A program made the translations under genes and the position numbers. A DNA stretch of 64,000 nt from Candidatus Woesearchaeota archaeon (GTDB lineage: Archaea; Nanobdellota; Nanobdellia; Woesearchaeales; ARS49). Positions 9,537 through 17,495 of this stretch are shown piece by piece. Position 1 is the stretch's first letter; each line of letters starts with the position of its first letter. The stretch is from contig JACRKG010000019.1 in assembly GCA_016215315.1 (NCBI GenBank), positions 71,523 to 135,522 of the forward strand. The letters are read 5' to 3'. The notes beneath the pieces are model-generated. The model was not told the DNA's origin and ran no database searches. It saw nothing but the letters and a program-made list of their open reading frames with translations.

Positions 9537-9588
9537 CAAACTTTAGCAAAGTTTGATCAAAACCGCGGGATGCGCTGCGCTTACCCGC
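9537..9588. repeat. Two adjacent short palindromes
   Basis: CAAACTTT-AGC-AAAGTTTG, then GCGGG...CCCGC enclosing GCGCAGC on the minus strand. Confidence 0.55.
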
Positions 9589-9605
9589 AAAACTTTTAAA
9601 ATAAA

Positions 9606-10523
9606 TTAGAAATTCAAAGCAACAGTCGGTTCTACCATTTCAAAAATCATTTGACAAATAGTCATCACGTAATGAATCATCATTAATTCTTCTTTAGAGA
9701 ATGATTTGTAATTTTTATTGCTTGTTTGTATTATATCAGTTCGCATTTTATCAATTATTTTTGCTTTTTCATTTTCAAACTTATAAAATAATTCATGGTA
9801 AAGTCTTAACATTTTGCTTAAGTTTTCATATAAATCAAGCATTTGTTTAGAGATCTTCAAATTTTTATTCTGCATTAAGAAATCAAACAAGTACTTATAT
9901 TGATCTGCTACTTGTTCTAATTTTTCAACAATAAAATACATAAAATGCATTCTTTCAGGTTTTTTGTAGCCTAACTTACTTAATGAACGAATGCAAATTG
10001 CAGTAAAACGATTATTGCTTTCTTCTAAAAATCTTAACGGCTTAAGTTCTTCATATTTTTGTGACTTAATCACTTGTAAAGATTCTTCAGCCATTTGAAG
10101 TAATAAATAAAACACTCGTTTTAGTGCTGGATCAAATTTATCTCTATCAACTCCTTCAATATCTTGAAGCACACAAAAATTTCTTGATTGATCAAAAATT
10201 TCTAAACCACTCATTTCTTTACCTAAACAATTCTGAATTTCATTCAAAGATTCTGGATTTTGAAAAGTAACTTTTATTTCATCATAACCAGACTTGTAAA
10301 ATGCTTCAAGAAACCTAGACAAGTAAGGACCGAACTTATTTAGTTCAACAGCCACAGTTTTCTTTTCTGGCACTGCAGTTGAAAAAATATGTAATTGGTT
10401 ACCTTTTTCTTCTACTTCAACCTCATTACCTTTCTTCAAATTATTAAGTTTAGCCCACTGTGAAGGCAAAGATACCATTAATGTAGCTGCTCCTTGTTGT
10501 ACTATCTTACGTCGCATATCCAT
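9606..10523 (-). CDS. phoU: Archaeal phosphate uptake regulator (AbrB-type N-domain plus PhoU domains)
   Basis: RRKIVQQGAATLMVSLPSQWAK...LKKGNEV N-terminus; YKSGYDEI; LEQVADQ PhoU repeat. Confidence 0.85.
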   Translation of the reverse strand: MDMRRKIVQQGAATLMVSLPSQWAKLNNLKKGNEVEVEEKGNQLHIFSTAVPEKKTVAVELNKFGPYLSRFLEAFYKSGYDEIKVTFQNPESLNEIQNCLGKEMSGLEIFDQSRNFCVLQDIEGVDRDKFDPALKRVFYLLLQMAEESLQVIKSQKYEELKPLRFLEESNNRFTAICIRSLSKLGYKKPERMHFMYFIVEKLEQVADQYKYLFDFLMQNKNLKISKQMLDLYENLSKMLRLYHELFYKFENEKAKIIDKMRTDIIQTSNKNYKSFSKEELMMIHYVMTICQMIFEMVEPTVALNF

Positions 10524-10676
10524 AATACAATTAGAACTGATATATAAATATTCTTATTGTTTATACAACTTATACTAATATATATACTATAATAATAAAG
10601 TATATATCACTTATACCCATTCTCTGTGTTATGAAGATAAATGTGATCAAAAAGGTCACAACGGAGGAAAAATAAA

Positions 10677-10982
10677 ATGCCAGACGCAAAACAAATCTAT
10701 ATGGGTTTAGGAATGATAGGAACAAATTTGGTTGCAGGAATTGCAACAATAGGATTCGGTGCTTTAGCAGGCTATAATGCAGCACAAGGTAGAGAAACAA
10801 ATCTAGTACAAGTAGTTCAGTACTCAACAATAAGTCAAGGAGTATTAAACTCTTTTTTCTTAGGAACTTTAGACAACAGTGCAAGTTCTGTACTAAGAGG
10901 AGCGAGTTCAGGAGTAGTACTAGGAGCACTAGAAACGGCAGTAGGATTCAGTGCTGGATATCTAATAGGAAAGGTGAATTAA
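10677..10982 (+). CDS. Small Gly-rich (glycine-zipper) membrane protein
   Basis: GxxxG-rich hydrophobic helices; RBS GGAGGAAAAATAAAATG. Confidence 0.75.
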   Translation: MPDAKQIYMGLGMIGTNLVAGIATIGFGALAGYNAAQGRETNLVQVVQYSTISQGVLNSFFLGTLDNSASSVLRGASSGVVLGALETAVGFSAGYLIGKVN

Positions 10983-10983
10983 A

Positions 10984-11364
10984 ATGAGAAATTTAGTTGA
11001 AAACGCAATAGCTTTTCCAATAGAACACGCACACAAAATAATTGGCGGATTAGGAATTGCAAGCATAGCAATGGGAGTTTATCATGGTTACTGCGATAGC
11101 AAAAACATTCCAGTGGGAGATATGGAAGTTACACTAAAATATTGACCAACAGTAGCAAATGGCGCTTATGGAATTTATTACGGAGGAGCTGTTGGTTTTC
11201 TAGGAAGCGTATTACAAAGAGTAATCAAACACGATAAAAAGAAAAGCGTTATGACTCACATCGGAACAGGAGCAGCAATCGGCGGAGGACTTGGAGCAGG
11301 AATAGGAGCACTAGAAACAGTTTTGGGTTATGGAATGGGATATGCTTTTGGGAGCGTGAATTAA
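10984..11364 (+). pseudogene. Paralogous glycine-zipper membrane protein with an in-frame TGA at codon 54
   Basis: Hand translation MRNLVEN...VTLKY*PTVANG...GAAIGGGLGAGIGALETVLGYGMGYAFGSVN; TGA at 11143-11145; C-terminus matches the upstream gene. Confidence 0.75.
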
Positions 11365-11412
11365 AAAATAATACTCTTAAGTCTTTAAAAGGCTTTAGAA
11401 AAACAGTTAATA

Positions 11413-11447
11413 AAGTTTGCAGTTTGTATTTCACAAACGGCAAACTT
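11413..11447. repeat. Heptamer-based palindrome next to an RBS
   Basis: AAGTTTGCAGTTTGT-ATTTC-ACAAACGGCAAACTT (14/15 match). Confidence 0.75.
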
Positions 11448-11462
11448 ATGGAGGAAAATAAA

Positions 11463-12530
11463 ATGAATTCAGAACAAAAAAATATGGAGACAATTATAGA
11501 GAATGAAGTTAAATTTTCATGGGGTGCAGTATTCAAAGGTTGGGTACAAAACTTAAAGGATGATATTGATCCTGCAATTACAGGAGTAAAAATGGGATTT
11601 TTTGGATTGCATGCAATACCTACTTGGATGAGACAGTCTGATGAAGGAAGAATGCATAGTGACAAGAGAGGATTATCTACTTTGCTAGGTTTAGTTGTTT
11701 TTGGAAGTGAAGCTACTGGATATTATCTTGCAGGAAAATACATTAATCAAACAACAAACAGTGAAATGGGTTATGCTGTTGCAGGAGTTCCACTAGGCTG
11801 TCAAGCAATGTCGTGGGCTTACGAAGCATTCTTGAGAGCAAAAAAATCCGAATTGTCAAAAGTAGTAATGAGCAGACTACAACAATCATTCAACAAAGAA
11901 GCAACAGTACAATACGATTTAACATCTCAAGGATTAGTTACCGAACTTGCAAAACGATTGTACGTTTCGTTTGAGGAACACATAAAACAAGAAAATGAAG
12001 GACAACAAAAAAAAATAGCAACTATTGAAAAAAACACTCCTGATCGAAACGGAGAAAGAATGCATGAAGAAGAAGTAAAGAGTCGTGTTGAACAGTGTAG
12101 AAACCAAATCGAAGGAAACAATAAAAAACTTAAAAAATACGAAACAAAATCAGCAGTTTACGCAAGAAAAGAAATACTTCAAGCAGCCAACGGAGTATTT
12201 AACGGGTTAGTTGCTGATAGGCATTTAGGAAAGAATTACAACATGACTGTTGATTTATTGACTGGTCCTGTAAAGAGAAGATTAGATAGAGAAAAAATAG
12301 ATTTAGGACAATTATTTGATGATTTAGAAGACGATGACGATGAAAGAGAATTTTACTCCAGTTATCAACATGCAGGAAGCATGCTTAGACAAATAATATT
12401 GGATACAGTAAAATCAAAACAAGGAAGTTCAGCAACATTAGAAACATTCGGAACAATAACTCCAGTATACACAAACGCAGGAAAAGACTTAGTGTACCAA
12501 GTCAAACCAAATAATATTTGGAAAGTATAA
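11463..12530 (+). CDS. Hypothetical protein: N-terminal membrane segments, coiled coil, globular C-domain
   Basis: Long ORF; start at ATG after GGAGGAAAATAAA. Confidence 0.75.
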   Translation: MNSEQKNMETIIENEVKFSWGAVFKGWVQNLKDDIDPAITGVKMGFFGLHAIPTWMRQSDEGRMHSDKRGLSTLLGLVVFGSEATGYYLAGKYINQTTNSEMGYAVAGVPLGCQAMSWAYEAFLRAKKSELSKVVMSRLQQSFNKEATVQYDLTSQGLVTELAKRLYVSFEEHIKQENEGQQKKIATIEKNTPDRNGERMHEEEVKSRVEQCRNQIEGNNKKLKKYETKSAVYARKEILQAANGVFNGLVADRHLGKNYNMTVDLLTGPVKRRLDREKIDLGQLFDDLEDDDDEREFYSSYQHAGSMLRQIILDTVKSKQGSSATLETFGTITPVYTNAGKDLVYQVKPNNIWKV

Positions 12531-12532
12531 AA

Positions 12533-12570
12533 AAAGAAGATTAGTTTATTCTAATCTTTTTTTATTTTTT
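12533..12570. terminator. Hairpin with A/T tracts between convergent genes
   Basis: AAGATTAG-TTTATT-CTAATCTT flanked by A and T runs. Confidence 0.6.
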
Positions 12571-12587
12571 TATAAACAAAAATGAGT

Positions 12588-14321
12588 TCAGTCCGTAGCT
12601 AAGCTTTCGCTATCCCAAATGTGTTGCTGGTTGTCTTGTCTTTTTATTAAGAAGTCACCCATTACTAAATAATCTATTCCTGTGCCCATCATGCATTTGT
12701 ATGCTTCGTAAGGACTGCAAACGATTGGTTCTCCTCTGATGTTAAATGATGTGTTGATTAGTATTGGTATTCCGCTTAGTTTTTCAAACTCTTTTATTAC
12801 TCCGTAATATCGAGAGTTTTGTTTGTTATTTATTGTTTGTAGTCTTCCACTTCCGTCAACGTGTGTTACTGAAGGAATTAGTTTTCTTTTATCTTCTTTT
12901 ACGGGATAAACAAATAACATGTATGGTTCTTCGTCTTTATCTATTTCAAACCATTCATGAACGTCTTCTTCAGTTATTACTGGTGCGAATGGTCTGAAGT
13001 GTTCTCGGTGTTTTACTTTTGTGTTTAGTATTTCTTTCATGTTGGGATTGCATGCATTGCTTAGTATGCTTCTTGCTCCTAGTGCTCTTGGTCCCCATTC
13101 CATTCTTCCTTGATACCATCCTATTACGTTGTTGTCGTGAATTAATTGTGCGGTTTTTTTTATTAGTTCTTCATCGTTTTTGAATTTTGAGTGGACTATG
13201 TTATTTTTTTCTAGGAATGCTTGGATGTATTCATTGCTGTATCCTGGACCTAAGTATGGGCTTTCAAAGACTTGTTTTCTTGAATTTCCTAAAATTGTGT
13301 TGTATGCGTAGAGTGCTGCACCCATGCTTCCTCCTGCATCTCCTGCTGCTGGATTGATGAATACTTTTTTGAATGGTGTGTTCTTTGTTATTTTTCCGTT
13401 TGCCACGCTGTTTAATGCTACTCCTCCGGCCATGCATAAATTATCTGTTCCTGTTATTTCGTGTAAGTGGTTTAGCATTTTGAATATTGCTTCTTCGGTT
13501 ATTTTTTGTAGTGATGCTGCTATGTCTTTGTGTCTTTTTGTTACTGGGTCTTCTTTTTTTCTCATTGGTCCTAATAATTCCATCATTTTTTTGCTAGGCA
13601 TTGTTGATTTGTAATGAAATACAAAATAGTCCATGTTTAGTTTGTAGCTTCCGTCATCTTTTATGTCAATTATTTTTTTGAATTCATCATAATAGGTTGG
13701 TTCTCCATATGGTGCTAAGCCCATTACTTTGTATTCTGAATTATTCACTGAGAATCCTAAGAATGCTGTTAGAGTGCTGTATAATAGTCCTAGTGAGTGT
13801 GGAAAGTGTAGTCGTTTTATTATTTTTATATCATTTTCTTTTCCTATGCCTAATGTTGTTGAGTCCCATTCTCCTATTCCGTCAACTGTTAGTATTGCTG
13901 CTTCTTTGAATGGGGAAACTAAGAATGATGATGCTGCGTGGCTCATGTGGTGTTCTGTGTAAAAAACAGGTTTTTTGTATTTTAGTTTTTTCTTTATTGT
14001 GCTTGATATTCTTAGTTTTTCTGAGAGCCAATTCGGCATTGCTTGATAAAACATTGGAAATGAGCGTGGAAACATTTCTATGTGTTGGTTTAGTAGTCTT
14101 TCAAATTTTAGTAGTGGTTTTTCGTAGAATGCAACCCAATCTATTCTATCACTAGTTATACCTGCTTCTTTTAGGCAAAAATTTATTGCGTTTATTGGAA
14201 AGCTAGTGTCATGTTTTTTTCTTGTGAATCTTTCTTCTTCAGCTGCAGCTACAATGATTCCATCTTTTATTAGGCATGCTGAACTGTCATGGTAATAACA
14301 ACTTATTCCTAGTATGTGCAT
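12588..14321 (-). CDS. O-carbamoyltransferase (NodU/CmcH/SxtI family)
   Basis: HDSSA, EEERFTRKKH, EHHMSHAAS, DGIGE, EYKVMGLAPYG, GGVALN, GPRALG, HVDGSGRLQT, NTSFN. Confidence 0.96.
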   Translation of the reverse strand: MHILGISCYYHDSSACLIKDGIIVAAAEEERFTRKKHDTSFPINAINFCLKEAGITSDRIDWVAFYEKPLLKFERLLNQHIEMFPRSFPMFYQAMPNWLSEKLRISSTIKKKLKYKKPVFYTEHHMSHAASSFLVSPFKEAAILTVDGIGEWDSTTLGIGKENDIKIIKRLHFPHSLGLLYSTLTAFLGFSVNNSEYKVMGLAPYGEPTYYDEFKKIIDIKDDGSYKLNMDYFVFHYKSTMPSKKMMELLGPMRKKEDPVTKRHKDIAASLQKITEEAIFKMLNHLHEITGTDNLCMAGGVALNSVANGKITKNTPFKKVFINPAAGDAGGSMGAALYAYNTILGNSRKQVFESPYLGPGYSNEYIQAFLEKNNIVHSKFKNDEELIKKTAQLIHDNNVIGWYQGRMEWGPRALGARSILSNACNPNMKEILNTKVKHREHFRPFAPVITEEDVHEWFEIDKDEEPYMLFVYPVKEDKRKLIPSVTHVDGSGRLQTINNKQNSRYYGVIKEFEKLSGIPILINTSFNIRGEPIVCSPYEAYKCMMGTGIDYLVMGDFLIKRQDNQQHIWDSESLATD

Positions 14322-14322
14322 T

Positions 14323-14580
14323 TTAAAACATCCTGTAATAGTCTTCTTTTGATTGAGTTTTTGATTCTTGTTCTATCCAATGAGACTTTTTGTTTTCTGG
14401 TTTTAAGTTTAAAAATTTGTTTCCGGTTAGTTTTGCAGGTATTGCAGTCATTGCGACTCCAACAAAATAAACTATTAGTAGTAGAATGCAATTTACTACT
14501 TTCTGTACTTGTTTTCCAAACCACTCGAATTTGCTAGTTATTGGATGAAAAAACTCTTTTAGATCAGACCAAAGCCCCAT
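14323..14580 (-). CDS. SxtJ-like small membrane protein
   Basis: Single TM, SHWIE...DYYRMF C-terminus, directly upstream of the carbamoyltransferase. Confidence 0.75.
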   Translation of the reverse strand: MGLWSDLKEFFHPITSKFEWFGKQVQKVVNCILLLIVYFVGVAMTAIPAKLTGNKFLNLKPENKKSHWIEQESKTQSKEDYYRMF

Positions 14581-14664
14581 ATTAAAAAAAAGTGTTGAGT
14601 TGTTTTTAAGATTTATTAAAGTAAGAAATATTTTATATATAGAAAAAGAGATTTCATAAAATTA

Positions 14665-14900
14665 CTCAGATTGATAAGTCTGAACTGATTAGTTACATCA
14701 TGTTTAATTTTCTCAGTTTCAGCCGCCAGCGATGGTGTGCTCGCAGAGTTTTTTACTTCTCTGGCGGCACAGACAGATGATAAAAAAAGGGGAATTGTTT
14801 TTGTAAGTGCACTCTCAAAACTCTTCAATTTTTTTATGGATTGTCTATGTCGCCAAAATCTTTGAAGAACTCGACAAGCAAAAATAACGAGGCGACCCTA
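14665..14900. ncRNA. Candidate structured intergenic element
   Basis: Perfect GC stems GCCGCCAG/CTGGCGGC and GTCGCC/GGCGAC, each closing inner hairpins, in AT-rich context. Confidence 0.35.
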
Positions 14901-14950
14901 GCTCTGAAGTTTTAAAAATTAATAATTAAAGAAGCTCTCTTGAGTAAAAA

Positions 14951-15283
14951 TTACTTTTGGTATTTTTCTAGCCATTCTGTAACCGTGTCTATAGATACTT
15001 TTTCTCCAGTGTCGTTGCGAACTGGCCAGTTCTTAATTAAAGTTACATTTTTGCCTTGGTAGAAATCTTGTAAGAATGCATTTTCTTCTTCGGCACTAAT
15101 TTTTCCGTCTGAATTTGTGTCTGCATGAGTTATTAATGTCTTATTATAGACTTGATCGTATTTTTTTTGATTTCTTATATCAGAATCACTCCAATAAGCC
15201 ACTCCAACAACAGCAATTGAAAAAAGGGTAAATACACCTATACCTATAACAGCTGCATTTTTATCTTCTCTTGTTAATGCCAT
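14951..15283 (-). CDS. Single-pass membrane protein with an EF-hand-like loop
   Basis: N-terminal TM followed by DTNSDGKISAEE. Confidence 0.7.
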   Translation of the reverse strand: MALTREDKNAAVIGIGVFTLFSIAVVGVAYWSDSDIRNQKKYDQVYNKTLITHADTNSDGKISAEEENAFLQDFYQGKNVTLIKNWPVRNDTGEKVSIDTVTEWLEKYQK

Positions 15284-15335
15284 ATCAATTAGTAATTGGA
15301 ATAAATTTAAATAACTTTCTATCAATTAATACTGT

Positions 15336-16397
15336 TCAAACTTCTGCGAGAATTTTTTTATTTTTTCTATCTATTGTTATTCCAGTTATTTCTTCTCCTG
15401 CTTTTACTGCCTTTCTGCCTTTTTCTAGCAGTTGCTCTATTTTTTCGTAGTTTTCGTAAATGTGTTCTGCTTTTTTGTTGTTTTCATCTATTTTCTTTTT
15501 GTATTCAATCAAGGTATTTTCTTGTATTTCTATTCTTTTTTGCAATTGTTTTATTCTGGGATTTTCTTTTGGTGCTTCTTCAAGCACTAATAAGTTTTCT
15601 TCTAGAGCTTCACTAAAAGATTCAACTGGTTTGTTTTCTAGTTTTGAGTATTTTTGTAGTTTTATTGGCGTTATATCTTTCAGTACTCCTGGTTTTTGAG
15701 GATCAAAAACCAGTTGTGGATTTGATTTTTCTCTTAATAATTTTGAGAATTCGCCGAACAATTTTTTCTTTTGTTTTTGGTTTACTTCTACTGTTTTTGG
15801 ATCAATTTCGGATCTTAAACATAATTCTTCTGCAAAGACTCCTCCGAATCCGTAAACTGTTGCTAGTGTTCTTGATATGTTTTCATTTACTTCTAATGCT
15901 CGAAAATCTTTTTCTGTGAATTCAAATATGTTTTTGTTGTTTTCAAACCAATTGTATTTTTCTCCTTTTTTTATCATTCTATCTTTCCATTCTTGAACTT
16001 CTATTGGATAAAATATGGTATTAGTATCATCGCATAAGATTGCGTTTCCTTGGCCGAATAATTCAAAGAAAATCCTTGCGGATTTTCCACCTTTGTCAAG
16101 AACCAGTTCAATTATTCTTTCAGATTTGACTTGATTTATTGAAATTATTTTTGCTCGCTCATAGTGTTTTCTTAAGTACATTGAGAAATTAGATAAGTCT
16201 CCTGGAACTTTTTTGTTTCCTAACCAAAAGAATGGATGATAGTATGTTAAGAATTTTTTTCCAGTGTTTTTTTCGTAAACTTCTATAAATAATTGTTTTG
16301 TTTGGTTGTTAAATGTTTTTCCAAGTATTCCATTTTCTGCTTTTTTTATTTCTTTTATTAAAAAAAATAAATCAATGCTGGATAATTCCGGTTTCAT
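15336..16397 (-). CDS. NFACT/RqcH-like protein (N-terminal, HhH and coiled-coil part only)
   Basis: LSSIDL, FSMYLRK, ERIIEL, ELFGQGNAIL, GFGGVFAEE motifs; no NFACT-R domain seen. Confidence 0.85.
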   Translation of the reverse strand: MKPELSSIDLFFLIKEIKKAENGILGKTFNNQTKQLFIEVYEKNTGKKFLTYYHPFFWLGNKKVPGDLSNFSMYLRKHYERAKIISINQVKSERIIELVLDKGGKSARIFFELFGQGNAILCDDTNTIFYPIEVQEWKDRMIKKGEKYNWFENNKNIFEFTEKDFRALEVNENISRTLATVYGFGGVFAEELCLRSEIDPKTVEVNQKQKKKLFGEFSKLLREKSNPQLVFDPQKPGVLKDITPIKLQKYSKLENKPVESFSEALEENLLVLEEAPKENPRIKQLQKRIEIQENTLIEYKKKIDENNKKAEHIYENYEKIEQLLEKGRKAVKAGEEITGITIDRKNKKILAEV

Positions 16398-16468
16398 TTT
16401 ATTATTTTTAATATCGTGCTTGCATTTATGCTTTCAGAGTTAGAAAATTTTATTTATAAAAAATTTTC

Positions 16469-16663
16469 TTAGTAGTGTTTTACGGCGTGAAATATAAAGT
16501 AGATTCCTAGAGCAACAAATAGAATTGACCAGACTGAAAGGTTTGCTGGAAGCCAGCCAGTTTCTTGACCAAGCCAGAAAAGACCTATAACTAGTAAGAA
16601 CGCACCAAAACTAAGACCACTTCTAATATACCATCCGTGAACTTTTTTTATCATAATATACAC
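16469..16663 (-). CDS. Small two-TM protein (LiaF-TM/DUF5668-like)
   Basis: FGAFLLVIGLFWL...GWL...WSILFVALGI pattern. Confidence 0.6.
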   Translation of the reverse strand: MYIMIKKVHGWYIRSGLSFGAFLLVIGLFWLGQETGWLPANLSVWSILFVALGIYFIFHAVKHY

Positions 16664-16769
16664 TATTGTTATAACTTATATAAAAACTTATCTTTAAATC
16701 AAATAACTCTGCAACCCTCTGACAGCCAGTAAAATTTACGACACCAACCGAAACCATCTGAAACCTTTA

Positions 16770-17123
16770 CTACCTGCTTCCTAAGCCTATCAAAGATACT
16801 CCGCAAAGAATTAGAAATATGCCAAACCATTTGGTGTAATTCATTTTTTCTTTTAAAATAAACATAGATAGAAGAGATACCCAAACGTATGATAATGAAA
16901 CTAGCGGATAAAGTAATGATAAGTCTCCTCCTTTGAGTGCGGGAATGAACATTGCTGCAGATAAAATGTAAATAAGTATTCCTAGAATCAATTTGTAATT
17001 TTTGAATTGAGATAACAAATTTTTATTTAGACCTGCAGAACCTAGTTTAAGAAATATTGGACCAAATGATCCTATTATGCCGCCAGTTATTACTAAAAAA
17101 ACAGCCCATAGTTCAGTTTGCAT
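16770..17123 (-). CDS. EamA/SMR-family small transporter (ArnE/F-like)
   Basis: ALKGGDLSLLYPLVSLSYVW...LKEK...GIFLILCGV. Confidence 0.85.
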   Translation of the reverse strand: MQTELWAVFLVITGGIIGSFGPIFLKLGSAGLNKNLLSQFKNYKLILGILIYILSAAMFIPALKGGDLSLLYPLVSLSYVWVSLLSMFILKEKMNYTKWFGIFLILCGVSLIGLGSR

Positions 17124-17493
17124 TTTTTCCTCCTAATCCTACAAATGTTATTCCTACAAATATAACAAAAACTCCAAGCCATTTTAAGTTATCAATTGTT
17201 TCTCCTAAGTATATTTTTGCTAATAATGTAACCCAGAAATAGCTAGTTGCAATGATTGGATAAAGTACTGAAAGTTCTCCACCTTTAAGAGCCACAACAA
17301 ATATCAATGCTGCCAGTCCGTACAAAAAGCATCCTATAAGCAAAGAATAATTTGTCATAATTGTGCTTAATAAAACTAAAACGTTTTTGCTTAATATTAG
17401 ATTGGTTGCTCCTTTTTTTAGAAATATTTGTGCAACAGAGGTAAATAGAGTGCATAGAAGCATCAAGAATATCGAGAATGGCTTAGCTCTCAT
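17113..17493 (-). CDS. EamA/SMR-family small transporter (ArnE/F-like)
   Basis: AQIFLKKG, ALKGGELSVLYPIIATSYFW...LGE; paralog of neighbour. Confidence 0.85.
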   Translation of the reverse strand: MRAKPFSIFLMLLCTLFTSVAQIFLKKGATNLILSKNVLVLLSTIMTNYSLLIGCFLYGLAALIFVVALKGGELSVLYPIIATSYFWVTLLAKIYLGETIDNLKWLGVFVIFVGITFVGLGGKNAN

Positions 17494-17495
17494 TA

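Noticed and set aside
10555-10620. TATAC/TATATA repeats between phoU and the island
   Set aside because: Indistinguishable from AT-rich divergent promoter sequence without comparative data.
11143-11145. Genome-wide TGA recoding or selenocysteine
   Set aside because: Conserved genes end at TGA at the expected lengths; no Cys-like context or Sec machinery seen.
9346-14580. Saxitoxin biosynthesis
   Set aside because: Only SxtI/J/K-like homologs are present; no sxtA, sxtG or other core genes.
14665-14900. RNase P or SRP RNA
   Set aside because: Conserved P4 and helix-8 motifs not found on either strand.
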